This document shows, piece by piece, positions 36,546-64,000 of a DNA stretch of 64,000 bases (within the stretch, counting starts at the first letter, position 1; each line of letters opens with the position of its first letter). The stretch spans positions 1 through 64,000 of the forward strand of contig JAHBMJ010000135.1 in the NCBI GenBank assembly GCA_018398765.1, read 5' to 3'. Both the position numbers and the translations under genes were made by a program. The notes beneath the pieces are model-generated. The model was given only the letters and a program-made list of their open reading frames with translations, had not been told where the DNA came from and did no database searches. Source of the DNA: Chromera velia (Eukaryota).

Positions 36546-37784
36546 CAGACACATGCAGACACATGCATGCACGTATGCACATAGGTGTACACACGGTACG
36601 TCCTAGGGTACGTCGCGAGGCAGTCCTGTACCCGCATGAACCAAACTGCACTAGCTTAACAAACCAGTCTGTGTGTGGCCTTCCCTTTTCTCTTTAGTGT
36701 CCTTGTACGAAGTCACTGCCACTGGCTGCGCTCCATTGAAGCCTTTGAAGTGTCTTTGTGTATTTAGAATCAGCGTCTCTGATTGACCGCATGCTTCAAC
36801 CGCCTAATTGCACTCACCTCTACACAGTCCAGCCGCGTATCAGCATGTACTTCCATTTTATGAGTCTTTCAGCTCGCCCTCCGCTCATACGAAGTAACAT
36901 CAGTGCAGATTCAATGCTTTAGACCGCCCTAATCATCCGTTCCATCTCTTTTGACCCACAGTGACAGTCCATCTGTCCCCAACAAGCTTTAACACTATAT
37001 ATTTTTCCAACCCGACAACGCCTCTTTTTCTAGCAGCTCCACAAGACATCATCAGTGCTCTTCTCAAGGACTTATTGAGCCAATTTTGTGTACAGACAGT
37101 CCATGTGTACTACATCGCCCTGCATGTTCAATATAAGACACTCCCACCTGCATGTATGCATATGTATGAGCTGATTCACTGACCTTAATTCCGGGTTAAT
37201 TATCGCGCGGCCAGCCCTCAATTTAGCTCGGTCGGCGGCCAGCCTTCATGGCCAGCCCTTAATTTAGCTTGGTCGGCGGCCAGCCTTTGCGGCCCGTGCA
37301 TGCATGGGGGCCCCCTTGGAGGGTTATGTTATGTTATGTAGGATCGGGGTACTGTGGGCATCTCCTCTACAGGAGTATCCCACCCCTATATCATACATAA
37401 TTTGTTTCCTTGTGTTACCCTAGTTCGCCCCCTGAGAGGGGATAGTCTTTGGGCAAAACTGCCGTCTGACTCAATAAATTACTCAATAATGTTTGAACTG
37501 GACAGATTCTTACTCAAACCGATGTGCCATTAATTAGCTCAACCGGTAGCATTGTCCTGCGGCAGAAAAAACCCAACTGGCTGCTCAAATCTTGACGTTG
37601 ACTTGAGCCTCAAGGAGCCCCGTGCCAAGCGAGGAAAACCAGTGCATTTGTGACACTGATGAAAAACCTTCAAGACATATCACGCGGCCCTCTTACCCAC
37701 CCCCTGGTTCCAAGCAGCACAGCATTTTTCGTCGTCGAATCGTCGATAGGCGTGGTGACGTTCTTCATTATTAAATTTAACAAT

Positions 37785-39800
37785 TATATTCATTCATTCA
37801 TTTATTCATTCATTACCACCCTACAAGCGGGCCAGTCAGAGTCACTGTGGTCTAGTAAGAGCAGTTCTGTGGGAGTGGTCTAGTCAAAGTGGTCTGGGGA
37901 GAGCAATCTAGTCGAGTCCGGTGCCATCCATCCATCCATCCATCCATTCATTCATTCATTCATTCATTCATTCATTCATTCATTCGTCCATTCAATGTCA
38001 GACATTCATTCATTCATTTGTCCATTCATTCATTCATTCATTCATTCATTCATTCACCCATCTACTCATTTATTCATTTACCCATCCCCACTCATCTATT
38101 TATTCATCTATCCATTCATTCATTCATTCATTCGTCCATTTATCCATTCATTCATTCATCCATTCGTCCATTCATTCCTTCATTCATTCACGTATTCAGT
38201 CACTCATTCATTCATCCATTCGTCCATTCATCCATCTATTCATTCATCCATTCATTCATTCATCCATCCATTCATTCGTCCATTCATTCTTTCATTCATT
38301 CACACATTCAGTCACTCATTCATTCATCCATTCGTCCATTCATCCATTCATTCATCTATCCATTCATTCAGTCATTCATCCATTCTTTCATTCATCCATT
38401 CATTCATTCATTCATCCATTCATCCATTCACTCTTTCATTCATTCATTCATCCATTCATCCATTCATCCATACCTCCATCCATCCATCCATCCATTCATT
38501 CATCCATTTATTCATTCATTGATTCATTAAAATTCATTCATTTATTCCTTCACTCATTCATTCATTCATTTATTCTTTCATTCATTTATTCATTCATTCA
38601 TTCATTCATTCATTACCGCCCTACAAGCGGCCAGTCAGAGTCACTGTGGTCTATTGAGAGCGGTCAGGTGGTCCGGGGAGAGCGGTCCAGTCGGGTCCAG
38701 TGCCATTCATCCATTCACTCATTCATTCATTCACCCATTCACCCATTCACTCATTCATCCAATTAATGACGTCGATTCATTCACTCAGTCAATGACATTC
38801 ATCCATTCATTCATTCATCGCATTTATCTTCATCTTCTCTAACGAAACAAGAAGGTCGATTCAGTCAGGGCGGTCTCTACAAAGTGGGCCAGTCAGAGTC
38901 ACTGTGGTCCAGTAAAAGCGGTCTTGTGTGAGCGGTCTAGTCAAAGAGGTCCAGGGAGAGCGGTCCAGTCGGGTCCAGTGCCATCATCCATCCATCCATC
39001 CATCCATTCCTTCCTTCCTTCCTGCCTTCCTTCCTTTCTTCCTTCCTTCATTCATTTATTCATTCATTTATTCATTCATTCATTCATTCATTCATTCATT
39101 CATTCGTCCATTCATTTGGCAATGTTCATCCATTCATCCATCCATTCATCCATTCATCCATTTATCCATCCATTCATTCATTTATTCATTCATTCATTCA
39201 TCCATTCATCCATTCATCCATCTATCTATTCATTCATTCATTCATCCATCCATTCACTCATTCATTCATTCATTTATTCATTCATTCATTCATCCCTTCT
39301 CCCTTCCATTCATTCATTCGTTCATCCACCTATTCATTCATTCATTCTGTCATTCATGCATTCATTCATCCATTTATCCATTCATTCATGCATCCATCCA
39401 TTCATTCATTCAATGACATTCATCCATTCATCCGTCATCCATGCATCCATCCATTCATTCATCCATCCATCCATTCGTCCATTCATCCATTCGTCTATCC
39501 ATCCATTCATCCATTCATTCACTAGTTCATTCATTCGTCCATTCAATGACATCCATTCATCTATTTATCCATTCATTCATTCATCCGTTCATCCATTCAC
39601 CCTTCCACCCATTCATCCATTCATCCATCCATTCATTCATTCATCCATTCATCCATCCATTCATCCATTTATTCATTCATTCATTCATTCATTCATTCAT
39701 CCATTCACCCTTCCATTCATCCATCCATTCATCCATCCATCCATTCATTCATTCATTCATTCATCCATTCATTCATCCATCCATTTATCCATTCATCCAA
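37785..39800. repeat. (CATT/CATC)n microsatellite field with three embedded ~90-110-bp GC-richer cassettes
   Basis: ctacaagcg(g)gccagtcagagtcactgtggtc...gagagc..tc.agtcg.gtcc.gtgcca at ~37815, 38613 and 38875. Confidence 0.92.
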
Positions 39801-40999
39801 TGCAAACGGTCTGGAGTGGGACAGTCTCTTCTCACCTCTCTTCTTCCGACTTCGAAGGGGCTGTGATGGAATGGCCGGCGGGCTGTGTTCATGGTGGATG
39901 CGGCGTTGAGGAGAGGCCGGATTGGTAAGTGAATGGAAGTATAGAGGCAAGCTGCATCTGTGGGCGGTGGCAGCATGTGATGGCTGCAGTTTGTGGAAGC
40001 TGGAGGCGGTCGGTGGTCCGGTGTGAAGAGAAGAGCTGCGTGGTGTTGTGAGTCTTATGAGCAAGCCTCGAGTGCGTCTTGATTCGTGCGTACCTTCGGA
40101 GGAGGGGAACGGGCCGTCGACTTGCTTGTTCGAAGGGGGCGTGCATGCATGCATGGAATTGTGGCACATGCTTTGCGATATAGTGGGCGCAGTGGTGGAC
40201 GGCTGGGTGCTGCAGTGCCGAAGGCGGTGGGTAGTAAAGCCTCTTGTGGCCTCTGTCGTTCTTTTTGTGTGTGAGGCCCTCCAATCTGCTGTTCTGCTCG
40301 CTCTTACCCTAGGCTCTTGCTACTCTTACATCGATTCATCCACGCATTCATTCATCCACTCATCCGTCCCTTCATCCACTCATCCATGCACGCAACCATT
40401 TAATGACATCCACTCATCCATTCATCCACGCATCCATTCTTCGGATCATCCATTCATCCATCCATTCATCCACGCATCGATTTATCCATCCATTTCTACG
40501 TATTCATCGAGCCACATGCATGTATGACTAGCCTGCATGATGCACCAGCTGCTCCGGTTCTGAATTCCTCATGGCTTCAGCGTCCCTCACCAGTCTGCAT
40601 AACCTGCTTTGCCATGCAGTCGCCCCTTATAGTCTAGTGAGTATCCACCAGGTGAAGCGGTCCTCGACTGCACTCGACTCTGTATGTGTCCCGATGGGGG
40701 ATGTTGGGTCCATCGTGTTGCTTGGGGGTGGGTAGTAAAGGCCTTCGTAACCTCTTTCATTCCCTTTTTGTCTAAGGCCCTCCGTTCTGCTGTTCTGCTC
40801 GCTCATCCTTGTTTGCGTCTGCCAGGGTGAGTACCTGTATCGCTCTATGGTCCCTTTTTTCAAACAACAGTTCTCGTCTCGTTGCAAATCCGGTACTCCG
40901 TCAATTCTGCATCAATTTCAACTGGGAGAACATCGTTAAGTTTCTTTTTCGGGGTTCTGAGGTGCCAGCGTAGCATCACAAGCGATTGAACGGACCAGC

Positions 41000-41225
41000 C
41001 TCAGAAGGGTGGAGGGAAAAAGCCTCCATGGGGGGACCTCCCCTTTGAGGGCGGAGGGGAAAAGCCTCCATGAAGGTGACCCCCCCCCTCCCGGGGGGGG
41101 GGCTGCATGGAGGGTGGAGGGAGGCGTCTGAAGGGGCCGGGGGGTAACCCCCCCTCCCAAATAAGGGGCCCCCCGTGCGGACCTCCGCGCGGGGTGATTT
41201 CCCAGCCTATCCCGCGGCCAACGTT
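41000..41225. repeat. GC-rich, G-run/C-run segment with ~43-bp direct repeats upstream of gene 2
   Basis: aggg[t/c]ggaggg.aaaagcctccatg occurs twice plus a partial third copy; multiple G and C runs. Confidence 0.6.
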
Positions 41226-41479
41226 TCCCATTCATGTCCGTGTACGCATCAGATTGTATTCATGTCTGTATGACGGACTCTGATGCAAGGCAGGGTAAGA
41301 CTTGGAACGATGTCGTGTAAGGCGATCAAAGCTGCCTTTGACACGTTGCTCGTCAAGATCGACCTTCCCGATTTTTTGCTTTTGAATTTGACCCTCTCTG
41401 TTGTGTTGACCGAACGGGTGATTTTTGGGGTCCCAAGACCCCGTGAACTTTCTGCTTCTCTCCCTTGTCCATTTTGAAC

Positions 41480-64000
<22,521 letters not shown>

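Noticed and set aside
37889..39928. His/Ser/Phe/Ile-rich ORFs up to 334 aa
   Set aside because: Translations of (CATT)n.

Overview
Eukaryotic, intron-rich, microsatellite-dense DNA. An alveolate, probably chromerid-like, origin is inferred from intron style and protein content, not proven. Almost all ORFs in the supplied track are microsatellite or antisense noise. Two + strand spliced genes can be reconstructed by hand. (1) A 26-exon FG-nucleoporin of the Nup214/Nup159 type at 9448-29062, about 2314 aa, with all splice phases consistent. (2) A very large, probably secreted modular protein from 41480 running off the window end: signal peptide, Cys-rich, Ig/He_PIG-like, PAN/apple, discoidin/CBM32, PA14, two copies of an unassigned 3x Cys module plus TSP1, ricin-like QxW and a helical C-terminal part. 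Gene 2 carries an in-frame TAA, an apparent frameshift and possibly a TGA. The left intergenic region holds two different non-autonomous LTR elements sitting back to back and sharing three copies of one 5-bp target duplication (TGATC). The 29.7-41.3 kb intergenic region holds MITE-like foldback elements, a ~200-bp satellite inside a large imperfect inverted structure, and microsatellite-embedded cassettes. Two exact duplications joined at single Ns are probably assembly artefacts. No rRNA, tRNA or CRISPR array was found.
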